From Paraspadella gotoi (taxonomy: Eukaryota; Animalia; Chaetognatha): a DNA stretch of 64,000 nucleotides. Below, one piece after another: positions 14,201-33,205 of the stretch. Location: assembly GCA_051294375.1 (NCBI GenBank), contig CM119266.1, positions 7,023,431 to 7,087,430 of the forward strand, in the 5' to 3' direction. The notes beneath the pieces are model-generated. The model ran no database searches. It was not told the DNA's origin and saw nothing but the letters and a program-made list of their open reading frames with translations. The translations under genes were made by a program, and so were the position numbers. Every line of letters begins with the position of its first letter. Positions within the stretch are counted from its first letter, which is position 1.

Positions 14201-17200
14201 AACTTTTTTTTGACAAGGAATAAAAAAATATTTAGTATTAAGCAATTCGTGGTAGGATTTATAAGTATGATTTTCTTACTTTTTTGCCAACATTTTGATT
14301 CTTATGACTATCATTTTTAAAGGCAGTCCAGAGTAAAAGTAAATTGTTCCAGAAAAAGTCAGGTTGAGAGAGAGAGAGAAGCAAAATACAAAAAAAACTG
14401 CCTTGAAAAATGATTTGTTCATAAGATCAAAGTAAAATGAAAGTAATAAAAATGAACTTGTAAATTCTACTATGAATTGCTTAATACTAAATATTTGTTA
14501 TTCCTTGTCAAAACGATAAAATATTTATAATTTTATATTGCTGTATTATTTATTATAATGAAACTTGATATGATATACTCAAGGTTTGAATAAGAGTCGT
14601 CTTACTTCTAAAACCCTTGGCACTAAAGTTAAATGAAACTAAATAGAAAAAAAAACTAATTAATAAAGTTTATACAGCTTATTAAAACTGATCTTATTTT
14701 TGTATCAGATTTTAAACAGTGAACATGTTTCAACTTTTAATTCAAGTCTTCATCCACATTTATGAATTGTATACAGTTTTTTACTTCACAAAAAATATTT
14801 GGGAGAGAGAGGAGAGAAAGGAAGAGAGAGTGAAAATTATGTGAGAGTAAGGGAGAGAGAGAGAGAAAAGAGAGAGAGAAAAATTTTCAACAAAGATTTG
14901 AGAAAAGGATAGAGGTCGAGGTGAAGACAGGTTAGGTTTAGGCCAGAGAGAGAGAGATAGATATTGAAAAAAAATTTTTCACTGTTTAAGAAAAATCATT
15001 GCTTGAACTACTTCAAACTTTCTAATTCAAAAACGCGACAAAAGAAAGGATTTCACATAATGGTTAAATAATATTTTTTTTATTGCTGGATTAAAGGTTT
15101 TTTTTAAGGAAAAGAAAAGAAAATTATAAATCTGTTAACTTTTTGATGCATGGATATTGTTTCTCTCTCCTTCACCTGGAAAAACTGAAAAAAAGGTATT
15201 CCCTCTAAAGATTTACATAAACTTTATGAAAAAAGGGTCTAACTTCCGGCTATAGTTTTGAGCAAAAAATGGTATGCCAGTAAAAAAATTACTGATAAAA
15301 AAAAATTAAATTAAGTAAAAGGTATTAAAATTTAAAACCAGGAATTGTTTAAAATTAGAAAAGTCTCATTAATTGAATGAAATTGAAATGAAATTTTGAA
15401 TATTTATAGTTAAAGTTTAAAGTCCTTTGGCTATTAAAAAACGAATCTTTTTAAGATGTAATAATTGATAATATGATTGAATTTTTTTATGATATGGATG
15501 TTAATCTTTTGCGATAAAGCTGTCATATAACAGAAAAAAACCATTAGCAGTCAGAATAGATCAAAAACATTTAATAATACATATTTAATTGATTATCGAG
15601 CACTATTTCCGGTTTGGGACACGCCCACTATTGATGAAAAGCCTTTATTGAACATTTTTTGTCTAAGTACTACTTATTAAATAATTATACTAATTGCAGA
15701 TAAGTAAATAACAACTGCCTAACTTTTAATTTGTAGTAAAAAGAAAAAATCCATATTGTAGTCCACGCCAACTTCCGGTAAATTGTGCGCAGGTCTAATG
15801 CAAAATCTGATTGACGACACCTTGTTAATCGTTTTAAGCACTTAAAATTATACTAGAAACTGTACAGGATTGTGAAAATTTTCGACTGCATGGTTAAAAA
15901 AAAACAGTGTAATGACCATTGTAACCTTTTTTACTGTTTTGTTTTTATGTTTCCTTTTTTTGTTGATGATCTTCGATCATAATATATTTGCCTTTCACGC
16001 ATTAAACAACTCTCGATAATTTTTACCAAAAATCTCATCAAGTAAAGTCACCACAACTTGGTAAACCCGACAAAAGAATAAATCGCAACTTTCTCACAAG
16101 ATAATGGAAAATAACGCTAATCAAGGTCGCGGGCGCGGCGTCACCTCGGCCGACGAATCTGTCGTCGGCGCCGCCGCCCAGTCCCGCGATGCCTTTGATC
16201 CGCCCTGGATCCAAGAACTCGAACGCCGTTTTTGTCAATACCTCGAGCGTTCTGAAAACAAAATAAAAGGGGATCTGGACGGATCGTCGCACTCGCTGTC
16301 GATGGCGCCGTCTCCCGAACCGCATCATCAATGCGGGCATTACACGACGCCTCTGTTGCACCACTGAAGGACGCCGTCCTCAAACTCCAAGGAGCAGGCG
16401 CGCCAACTCGCCGGCGCTCCGCTACTGACGCCGATCATGTCCCTGGACCTCTTTGCCAAGCGCCTCCGCATCGCCACGCCTCGCGGGGCTTGGCACCAAC
16501 AGCGACGTCTCGGCGGGTGACGGCCCGGTTTTTTCCGCACCGGCCAGCGCGGCCCAAGCTGATCCAACGTCCACCGCATCGATGTTGCGCCCGACTTATG
16601 CCTATCCGAGTCGGCCGGCAACAATCGCCCAAATCCTCGCCGCCGGAGGCCTCTGCCTCGACCGTTTCAATACTCCCGCGCCAGCCGCGGCATTCCCCGC
16701 CGTGTCACCATCACCCGCGGCACGAGCGACTTCTACGCCCATGGAAGCATCTCCCACTCCAGTCCTTCCAGCCTCCCACCCTATACCATTTCCACCACCC
16801 GCTCCTCGCCCTCGCACACCGAAATTGCCATCTTTCGACCCAAGAAATATACGGGTTTGGTTGGCGGCCACTGAAGCCGCTTTCACAGTTGCAGACGTCA
16901 CTGATGATGCAACAAAAGCAAGTCACGTGTTCGCGGCAATCCCAGCGGAACACCAGTTGCTTTTTCAGGATTTTTACGGCCCGGTCTTCACCCATCGTAC
17001 CCAGCAGTATACAACAGGTTAATCAACCTCTTCGACGAAAAGCCACGCCAACGTGCTGCTCGAATGCTGAAGCCAATGACTTTGAGCGGCCGCACACCAT
17101 CGCAACTCGCCACTATTATTCGCGCCACATTTTCAAGCCTTGATCCAGAGATGATCTTCAAGGAAATCCTCTTTAATGCCTTGCCCTCTCATGTGCGCAG

Positions 17201-20200
17201 TATAGCTTTTACCGACAGTAACACTCTTGACGACGCAGCTAGGGCAGCCGACGCCTTTTTTGACAACGGCGGAAACCTGGTTGTCAGTCCCCAGCCACAA
17301 ATGGATTAGTAAATGCCTGCATTCACGAGGACGACACTCATGAAGGCAAGATGAAAACCCGCGTTCCTATGCAGAAGTTTGCGCTGTTGGCAGCGGCGCT
17401 CAATCCTGGAAGCGAGTTGAACGAAAGAAACCACGACCACGCCCATCACAACCCAAATTTGTATCAGCAGCGACCGACTGCCAAACGACACATGCTGGTA
17501 CCATGTGGAGTATGGAAAACGGGCACGAAACTGTCGCGAGGTTAGACCCGGCGTAACCTTGCAGCGTGGGGAAATGGCAAAGCCGGCGGCAGGAAGTGAG
17601 CGCCGCCGCCGGCGAAAGTAGAGACGCTGCTCCACGTCCGCGACGACCACAACGACCTTACATGGCTGGTGGACACAGGCGCCACAGTCTCCCTCATCGC
17701 ACCAAATGAGACAACGTCACGCCGGCCACACACAACCCACTCCACGCGGCCAATGGCACGCCCATCCCATGCTTTGGGAAGCGCTCAATGATAATCCGCC
17801 TTGGCAGCCGCTCGTTCGAATGGGACGTCACCCGTCGCGGACGTTTCTACTCCTATATTAGGAAACGATTTCCTAATGGAGCACAACCTCGCCCCTTTCC
17901 CAAAACTTGAAGTCTTGATCGATTGTCAAGATTTTACAACCGTCGCAGGCAAAGTCCGACCATGCCAATCTCTTCGCGTAAACGTCGTCAATAACGTTTT
18001 CACCCGTCTGCTCGACGAACGACCCAATCTCACTACTCCATCCTTCGACCCGCCGCCAAGCCGCGCCACGGAGTAGAACATCACATCTTAACCGAAGGCC
18101 CACCAGTCCATGCCCCAGCGCGTCGCCTCGCCCCCGACAAACTCATCGCGGCGAAAGCAGAGTTCGAGAAACTAGAAAAAATGGGAATCGTCCGAAAAAG
18201 CCGAAGCCCCTGGGCATCACCTCATGTTGTGAAGAAACCCGATGGCAGCCTGCGTCCCTGATTACCGCCGACTCAACGCGGCGACCAAGGATGATAGATA
18301 TCCTATCCGACACATATCCGATTTTAACTCTGAGATCGCAGGCAAAAGCATCTTCTCAAAGATAGACCTCTATAAAGGCTATCACCAAATCCCGGTGCAT
18401 GAAGCCGACATCGCAAAAACGGCCGTCATAACGCCTTTCGGATTATGGGAATATCTTCGGACGCCATTCGGATTAAAAAATGCCGCCCAGATTTCCAGCG
18501 TATGATGGATAATATCCTGGCCGGCATCCCGCATGTATTTGTCTACTTGGACGACATCTTGGTCGCGTCATCATCCATCGAGGAACATTTGGAAGACCTT
18601 ACTCGCGTTTTTGACTCTCTCGAAGAAAACGGCTCGTCATTAATCGCTCCAAATGTGTATTCGGTGCAGCCTCTCTAGATTTCCTGGGGTATAAGTTTGA
18701 TGCCAAAGGGTGTCACCCCTCCCTTCACGCGTCAGGGACATCCAGAACTTCCCAACACCTACGACAATCAAGGAACTGCAAAGATTCCTGGGAGTTCTAA
18801 ATTATTATCGGAAATTCATGCCCAAGGCTGCACACATTCTCGAACCACTCTACAAATCGCTCCGTGGCAAACCAAAACGCCTCGTTTGGACATCAGAATG
18901 TGACAACGCCTTCCAAGCAGCCAAAGACTCTCTCTCCTCCGCCGCAATGCTGGTACATCCTAAGGAAGATGCTCAACTCTCTTTGACAGTCGATGCTTCC
19001 CTCTCAGCAATTGGAGCTGTCCTCGAACAAGCGTTGACGGAAAATGGATGCTTTTAGGATTCTTTTCGACACCACTTCAACAAAATCAAAAAAACTGGCC
19101 CCCCTTGATCGAGAGCTGCTTGCAGCTTTCCGAGCAGTTCGCCACTTCAGGCCATTCATTGAAGGTCGACCTTTAACCTTGTTCTCCGACCACAACAGCC
19201 TTGTTCCTGCAATCCGTCAAAAATCAGAGCCACATACAATGCGACAAGCCTACCAGCTTGCAGCAATCGCAGAATACACAACGGATGTCCGCTACATTGA
19301 AGGCAAGGCAAATGTGGTCGCTGATGCCCTCTCTAGAACTCAATTGCCGCCACAGCCACACCAACCCTCCAAGCAACAAATAACGCCGTCGCACCCGCAG
19401 GGATCAATTTCACGGAAATCGCCCACGACCAGAAAGAAGATGAAGATGTCCAAGTCTTCTCACTGATGCGCACACCAGTCTTCGATTCCAAAATGTTCGT
19501 GTCGACGACGTCGAGGTCCTATGTGATACCAGCAGCGGTCGCGCCCGGCCACTAGTCCCAAAGAAGTGGCGGCGCCGCATTTTCGATGCTCTTCATAACC
19601 TCTCCACCCAGGAGTAAGAGCAACCAAAAAACTGATCACAAGTCGATTTGTTTGGCCCGCAGCATCCAGCGACATTTCAGAATGGACCCGTACATGCCCA
19701 GCATGCCAACGGCTAAAATCAACCGCAATATCCATGCCCCACCTCAAGAGTTTGCTCCGGCTGAACGCAGGTTCCAGCACGTCCACATTGACATCGTGGG
19801 ACCCTTACCACAGTCAGCAGGCTACACCCCATCTCTTAACATGCGTGGATCGTTATACACGCTGGCCTGAGGCAATCCCAATCCATGACACTGCAACGTC
19901 CACTATCGCAGCAGAATTCCTCCAGAATTGGGTTGCCCGTTTTGGAGTACCAACAACAGTCACCTCAGATAGGGGACCCCAATTCACATCCGAAATATGG
20001 CGTCAGTTAGGAGAATCCATTGGATTCAAAATCTCGACCACCTCCGCTTATCACCCACAAGCAAACGGCATGTGCGAAAGAATGCACAGAACTTTGAAAG
20101 CGGCGTTAAAAGCCCGCTGTGAAGAAGCAGCCGATAAATGGGCCTTTCAACTCCCATGGGTCCTACTTGGCCTCCGCACTACACACAAAGCCGACCTCGG

Positions 20201-22007
20201 AGCACTCTTGCAGACTCGTCACTGGGGATGTTCTCACTATTCCCGGCGAGCTACTCGGCGCTCAAGCAGCTGAAACGGAAGTGGACGCACCTCAGCGAGC
20301 TGAAACCTTACGGAACCTCCGTTTCGACGTAGCGTTGATGCGTCCCGTTCCCGGATCCGCACACTCTCAACAACTACAAGATTGCCGACAGCTCTCAAAA
20401 ACGGTGATTTTGTTTTTGTTCGCCGCCCACCCAACGCTGGCACACCTCATCCCTCCGTACTCGGGTCCCTATCGCGTCGTCGAACGCCGTGAAAGAAACC
20501 TCGTCATCAAAATTCCCGGGCGCGTCAAGATACGGTTACCCTCGATCGAATCAAGCCTGCTGCAATAGATGCCGAGGACCCACCAACCCCCCAACAGCCC
20601 CAACTCGAGGCCGCCCTCCAAAAAAAAACACGATTATGACTCCCTCCAGTGAAAACGAAAACAAAGAAACTCGACAAAGAACTAGTCCCTCACCTAAGCG
20701 ATCACGAAAACGGGCAGCGCGCGCGAGGTCAGCGCCGCCTCCCTCACGGATACAACCTCCGAGACGTGTAAAAAACCTGATGCCACTTCCTCAATCACTC
20801 TTTGCGTCAGACGACGAGGATGAGCCACTCCAATCGATCAGCGCCAATGCCAATCAAAGAACATCAGCGCTTGGGGGGGATGTTTAGCGGTCTAAACAAC
20901 AACCACAACAACAACAACAACAACTTTACAACTCGTTCACCAAACGACCACTTAACCGTTTAGTGGTCAGTTAAACCTGACCTTGTAATCTCGTTTACCC
21001 TTTCATGATTTTCTCTATTGTTATGCTTATGACCATTGTAACCTTTTTTACTGTTTTGTTTTTATGTTTCCTTTTTTTGTTGATGATCTTCGATCATAAT
21101 ATATTTGCCTTTCACGCATTAAACAACTCTCGATATTTTACCAAAAATCTCATCAAGTAAAGTCACCACACGATCTTCTTTTATTTTCCTTCTCCTTTTT
21201 CTCCGCTTTTTCCTCCGCTTCTTCATTCTCTCCCATTTTCCCTCCAGCCCTGAATCGCGATCGCTCTCGCCCTACCTTCGAAACTTATCGCTTGTGGAAG
21301 ACATCGGGAAGCGATTCCTCCGCCGGAGGCGAACCACCTTTTCTCGGCTACGGTTCTGTAGGAGAGCAGAGGCAGTTTAATAGGTAGCGTAAAGAAGGAA
21401 TTGGCTTGAAATGAGGGCGGTCGTCTTCAATATACCAATTTTCTTATTTCCTCCTTTCAGGTTTGGGCAATCTCGTCAAGATGATGTTCCCTTCCGCGCC
21501 GGAGGCGTAGGCGTTGTCGGAGGCGGCTTCGGCGGCCCCCCCGATATACACCGCGCCATCCGCGGCATTCCCGGGCATCCTAGGGTTTCTCCCTCCCCGC
21601 CGCTCGGCGCTGGCGTTTCTCGCGGCCCCTCGGCGGCTCCCGGTTTCGGTCATTCTCAGATCTCCGCGTCGGCCTTGTTCTACGGCGCCGGACATCCCAC
21701 GTCGCTCGGTTCATTTCCAAGCGCCGCTCCAGGCGCCTTTCCAAGCTCCGTCGGCGCCGCACGTTTAAAATCAGGGGGAACCTTTTCTTCTCGGGGAGAG
21801 GAGAGCATGTCGAGTGAGTCTTGGAGAGATGGAGGAGGAGGTGGTGGTGGTGGAAGGAGGAGAGATGGGAGATCGAACAGAAGAGGCAAAGATCGAAGAT
21901 ACGGAGGCGAGGGAAGAGATGGAGGTGGCGAAGGAAGAGGAGGAGGAGGAGGTGGTGGAAGATACGGTGGCGACCGTCGGAACAGAAACAATCCACCAAC
22001 TTATTAA
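5241..22007 (+). CDS. Large multi-exon Tudor-domain protein: N-terminal coiled coil, Tudor domain 1 (~6500-7270), Cys-rich/zinc-knuckle region (8737-9260), long acidic disordered exon with two CCHC knuckles (~11927-12058), PAM2-like motif, extended Tudor domain 2 (~12400-13284), and Gly/Arg (RG/RGG) tail on exons 21248-21383 and 21461-22007
   Basis: Tudor signatures GKWCRGVV..ASIRFVDNGN and FARGRV..FKVDAFDVGRS; knuckles CSICSGTGHTRALC and CTTCNEIGHESDEC; SSLNPAVPEFTP. Donor G|GTGAGC at 13285 joins in phase to acceptor at 21247 across the retrotransposon. Start codon and a few internal junctions are less certain. Confidence 0.75.
5646..5892 (-). repeat. ~245-nt structured dispersed element, copy 1 (Tudor gene intron 2)
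   Basis: Near-identical reverse complement of 36758-37004. Confidence 0.85.
7941..8659. mobile_element. MITE with long TIRs and TA target duplication (Tc1/mariner/pogo-type, non-autonomous)
   Basis: TA|CAGAAGGCTTCATATTATAAAATGTGGTACCC ... GGGTACCACATTTTATAATATGAAGCCTTCTG|TA; imperfect inverted arms continue ~200 bp. Confidence 0.9.
13632..15911. mobile_element. Foldback-type DNA element (~2.3 kb, ~500-bp TIRs, no ORF) inserted in the 5' LTR
   Basis: TACACT...AGTGTA termini, arms 13632-~14130 and ~15430-15911; flanks ATGCCAT / ATGACCAT duplicate the single ATGACCAT site seen in the intact 3' LTR; inner inverted repeat at ~14210-14512. Confidence 0.9.
16104..20568 (+). pseudogene. gag-pol of the Gypsy element, broken by many frameshifts
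   Basis: Gag, PR, RT, RNase H and IN motifs are spread over more than ten short ORFs in alternating frames. Confidence 0.85.
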
Positions 22008-22684
22008 CTCGATTCATTTATTTTTCCCTTGTTTTTTCTCTTCATTGTGCCAATCAACTGTATTTTTCCCCCTTGCCTATGGGCTCGCTACCGTGCCAAA
22101 GAGTATTTCGTTTTTCGCGTTGTTTATACCGACCTTGTTGTCGTTCTTTATGTTTTCGGTTTGAGTCAGTAAAGATTTAAAAGATTTTTTTCTTTTTATC
22201 GTCGCAATCGCTTTGCGTTTTTTTCCTCCGTTTTCTACGCATTACATGTCTTATAGTGATGTCTAAAATTTTGAAGATTTATAATAATTCCTAGAGAATC
22301 TCAATATTATCGGTTTGTGCCTTTTAATTTTTTTTTCTCTGTATTTTTTTTTCGTCGATCAAAAGAGATTTAATTCAGTTTTCGTTACCATTCCTAATAT
22401 TTGCGAGATTATATTCCGTTTATTCGAGATTAGATTAGCTTCATCTAACTTCGGCAAATCCGTCCGTTTATTTTTTTCCCTCCTGTTTGTTAGCAGAGAC
22501 GAACAAACAAAAGAACGTCGTTTTTAAATACGCAACCATCGACGCGAGGCTTTTGATCTGTCGCAGGAAAATTAAAAATAAAAAAAAAACAACAAAAAAA
22601 CAGAAAACAAAAAATAAAGGAGATTTAAACCCAAAAACCACATTTTTTTTTCCTCGCTTAAAACTCATATAAACAAAAACAAAA

Positions 22685-23997
22685 ATGGTGGAACCGAACA
22701 TCGAGGCTCCCAATATCGCGGGTCGGAGCTGCGGTTCGCCCGGTCCCACGCCCGGTGCCACGCCGATCCTCTATTCTCTCATTGCGCGCGGCACCACCAT
22801 CCTCGCCCGTCAGGCCGCCTGCGCCGGAAATTTCTCTGAAGTCACCGAACAGATTCTCAGCAAAATCTCGCCAGGTAAGGAAGTTGGATCTGGAGGGGAC
22901 GAGATGGACGAGATGAATTTCGATTGATAATTGACCTTTTGGTTGTTTTGATTTGAGTCCATTAATGATTGTGACAAATGTTTTCAACTCGACAGAGAGC
23001 CCGAAGATGACCTACTCCCACGGGCCATATCTCTTCCACTACATCTACGAGAGTCGAGTCATCTACATGTGTATCACCGACGACAACTACGAGAGATCGA
23101 AGGCCTTTGCCTTTCTCAACGAGATCAAGCGCAGATTCATGCAGCAGTACCGCGAACGAATCTACACGGCTCTTCCTTACGCCATGAACAGGTTTTTGCC
23201 GCGATTAATAAAGCTATTGTTTTAATTCTAAATTTGTCTTTAAAAATTCCGAGGTCACGTACATAATTTAACCTCGTAAAGGGACAGAATGAGAATAATG
23301 CCTATTTATTAATTTTTGAATAAACCGTTCATAAAACAGAAGTCCCTGATTTTCGGATCTGGCTATAGCACCATGCTACAGGCGGGTCAAGCGCCCCGTC
23401 CCACTTAGCTTTCGAGCGAGTAGCCCGGACCTTTGGGTTAGGAGGCGAAGGACTTGCCTTCGGATCCATTGGCCGGTAGTGAATGTTTGGTGGATTTTAA
23501 CTCCCCTTAACTCACTTTTATTTTTATTTTTTTCGTCAGCGACTTCGCGTCCACGTTGATGGCGCAGATGCGGCACTTTTCTGATCTCCCTTCGCCGAGC
23601 CACGCCCCCGGCCAGTCCTCCGCCCGCGTCTCCCAAGACCCCAAAGTGACTCGGGCCCAGGGTCAAGTGGACGACCTCAAGGGGATCATGGTCAAGAACA
23701 TCGAGCAGATCACCGCCAGAGGAGAGCGGCTCGAGCTTCTTGTTAATAGGACCGACGATCTGCAGGTTGGTAAAAAAAGAATGAGACACAGAGAGAAAGA
23801 GAAAATTAACCACGATAAATCCATCTCGCTCACAGGCTAACGCTGTGACTTTCAAGCGAACATCTCGAAACTTGGAGCGATCGATGTGCAGGAAAAACGC
23901 CAAGATCAGTATCATCATCGCCGTCGTCATCGTTGTGATCATATACGTGATTGTCAGCGCTTCTTGCGGCGGCCTCGATTGGAATAAATGCGTTTGA
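22685..23997 (+). CDS. VAMP7: Vesicle-associated membrane protein 7 (longin R-SNARE); exons 22685-22874, 22996-23191, 23540-23765, 23836-23997
   Basis: ILYSLIARGTTILA..GNFSEVTEQILSKI, KMTYSHGPYLFHYI, TALPYAMN, QVDDLKGIMVKNIEQITARGERLELL, C-terminal TM helix and CGGLDWNKCV. Confidence 0.95.
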
Positions 23998-25055
23998 TTC
24001 AAAAAGTGAAAGGGGGAAAAAAAATAGCTTGAGAATAAGACGAATCTTTTTTCATTTTTTTGGCGAATTTTGTTTAGTTCTTTTGTTTTAGCAGCTAGTC
24101 AGCCTAAGATATCGTCTGAAGATGATTTAGATTTAGAGTTCGTGATGATGATTCGTGATTGACGTCCCTATTGTTGAGCGGTTAGATTGGTTGTTGCGTA
24201 GATTCGGTTCGCGACTGATGCTCAAAAAGAATAGATAGAGATAAGTTAGAATACGTTCGACGAATTCGGGGGGTGGCCAGTCACGTGATCTTGTAGATGT
24301 AGACAACTGTTTTCGCTTTCTTAGTTTTGTTATGTAATGGCAAATGTGTAAGACAGGACTCCTGTTTTTATGCGAAACGATTTCACGGATAATTTTTGTA
24401 GCTTTCGAGTCCACATTCTTTGGTGACAATTGATCGTTAAACACCTCCGTCACTGTTTTGACTACTCTATTTTAAAATTATTAAACTATTTGTTACTCTA
24501 CCTTGGTACAGCTTTCTTTTATAATTTACGTTTATTTAATGTACGATGTGAAATTTATCAGGAGTTAAGTCACCTTGCTGTACTATTGTAAGTCTGTGTG
24601 GGCCGACCGCTGTTCTAAAAGAAGTCTTGGATTGTCGGTGAAAACGCGAACAATTTATATGAAAGTTAAATATGTTATGTTATAATAATTGTACTGGATT
24701 TACCGGTCATTCCATTTGTACTTCTGTATCTTCTTTTAATATCTGCCTTTTATTCTTCTCAATTCCGAAGCCAAGTCTGCTTCCAGTCACGTGCACGGAT
24801 ACAAATCATTGTTCAATTTGATTGTGCTAAATAAATAAAATATATATTTCTTGGTCTGAGAATTAAATTATGTGACGAGACTGATATAAGTCTCGTCGGT
24901 TTTGTACGCGTATCGACGACTATGCAGTTATAATATTTACTCTTGTTGCGCCTAGGTCGACGAAATATAAAACGACTGCTTATTTTATTATTAACTCTCC
25001 ATTTTGGCAACGGGTCTCTAGCCGACAACTAATCCGATTTCAAATAATAACAATA

Positions 25056-25838
25056 ATGGCTCGATCAGCCTTCTTTCCCTTTCTCCCTCCCCTTCGAACT
25101 CTTCACACTCCCCGCCGGAGACCCCCTCCTCCAAAACCAATTCCCGCTCCCTCTATCCCTTACCATCTTCCCCATCAACGGTTCCCCCACTTCCTCGTGG
25201 TCGACTTCGAGGCGACCTGCGACTCGACGCCCCGCTTCGCTCCGCAGGAGATCATCGAGTTCCCCGTCCTCAAAGTCGACGCCTCCGACTTGCGCGTCAA
25301 CGGCGTCTTCCACACTTTCGTCCGCCCGACAGTCAACCCGACGCTGACGCCGTTTTGTTCGCAGTTGACCGGCGTTTCTCAGAGCGACCTCGAGGATCGA
25401 CCAACTCTGCCGGAGACGCTCGTCGCCTTCGAGGAATGGCTGCGGCGAGAGCGCCTAGTGACGCCCACTGAGGAAGGACTCCGGCCGGACTTTGCTTTCG
25501 TCGCTTACGGCGATTGGGACTTGGGTCGGATGCTGCCGAACGAGTGCCGGCGTCTGGGCGTGACCCCGCCGCCCGGCGCCGATCGATGGATCGACGTCAA
25601 GCGAAGCTTTGGCGAGGCTTTCGGCAGATGGCCGTCCGGAATGGCGGGCACTCTCGATGCGTTGGGACTGCCACTTGTCGGGCGGCTGCATTCGGGCATC
25701 GACGATTCCAGGAACATCTTGAGGATCATGTCCGAGTTGGTGAAGAGGAAGGGCTTTGTTTTCAACATCACCTCGTGGCTGAAGGATGGGAGGATCGGGA
25801 GGGCGAGGACGGACGAGCTTTTGCGCCATGCGCAATGA
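25056..25838 (+). CDS. ERI3: ERI1 exoribonuclease 3-like DEDDh 3'-5' exonuclease (intronless)
   Basis: FLVVDFEATCD..PQEIIEFPVL, VRPTVNPTLTPFCSQLTG, GDWDL, GRLHSGIDDSRNI; no SAP domain. Confidence 0.85.
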   Translation: MARSAFFPFLPPLRTLHTPRRRPPPPKPIPAPSIPYHLPHQRFPHFLVVDFEATCDSTPRFAPQEIIEFPVLKVDASDLRVNGVFHTFVRPTVNPTLTPFCSQLTGVSQSDLEDRPTLPETLVAFEEWLRRERLVTPTEEGLRPDFAFVAYGDWDLGRMLPNECRRLGVTPPPGADRWIDVKRSFGEAFGRWPSGMAGTLDALGLPLVGRLHSGIDDSRNILRIMSELVKRKGFVFNITSWLKDGRIGRARTDELLRHAQ

Positions 25839-25973
25839 CGCTTTTCAATTTGTTTTTGTTATTGCTATTTCGTTGGACCGATGACTAGTCTATGATATTG
25901 TTAACTACAATCTATTTATTATAAAAATGTTTGTTTCGATAATTTTATAGATATTTAAAATAAATATTTAGAA

Positions 25974-26573
<600 letters not shown>

Positions 26574-26959
26574 AGGCGTGGTCGGCTGTGGAGGAGGGGG
26601 TGAGGAAGGAGTCTCGACGTCGGCCGATCATCGTTAAGGGACACTCGAGTTCGACCGGTCTCAGATCGACGTTTCCGCAACTTCGTTTTGATGAATTTAG
26701 GGTTCTATTAAGTTTTATAATTTCAGATGAAAAAAAGTTAAGGCTTCAATATTAGATGTTTTTTAATTTTTCTCCCCTTGATATTGATAGTTTTGTTTTG
26801 ATTATTCGCGGACCAAAAAAAAAAAGATTTTCCTCCGCACAGATGCCTTTTTTTCGAATTGATGAACCCAAAAAACATAATTGATCCTTTCCCGCGTTAA
26901 CTCTTCTTCTTCCGTTATGACTTAAAAAACGTCGGAACGAAATCTGCCTTAAAAAGCTG

Positions 26960-33205
<6,246 letters not shown>

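Larger units (their letters stand above)
13486..21170 (+). mobile_element. Ty3/Gypsy LTR retrotransposon, CsRn1/Kabuki-like clade; 5' LTR 13486-16055 (interrupted), 3' LTR 20881-21170, CGAT target-site duplication
   Basis: Matching LTRs (3' copy TG...CA), CGAT at 13482-13485 and 21171-21174, PBS TGGTAAACCCGAC resembling tRNA-Trp PBS, GGGGGGGA polypurine tract, Gag CWYHVEYGKRARNC (CHCC type), protease WLVDTGA, RT YLDD, RNase H VDAS/RELLA, integrase HVHIDIVGP and SDRGPQF. Confidence 0.95.

Noticed and set aside
23339-23490. HDV-like ribozyme, tRNA or RNase MRP in the VAMP7 intron
   Set aside because: GGCGAA-GGAC and AAGTCCC resemble pieces of these RNAs, but I could not build P1/P3/P1.1, a T-loop or CR-V in the right order.
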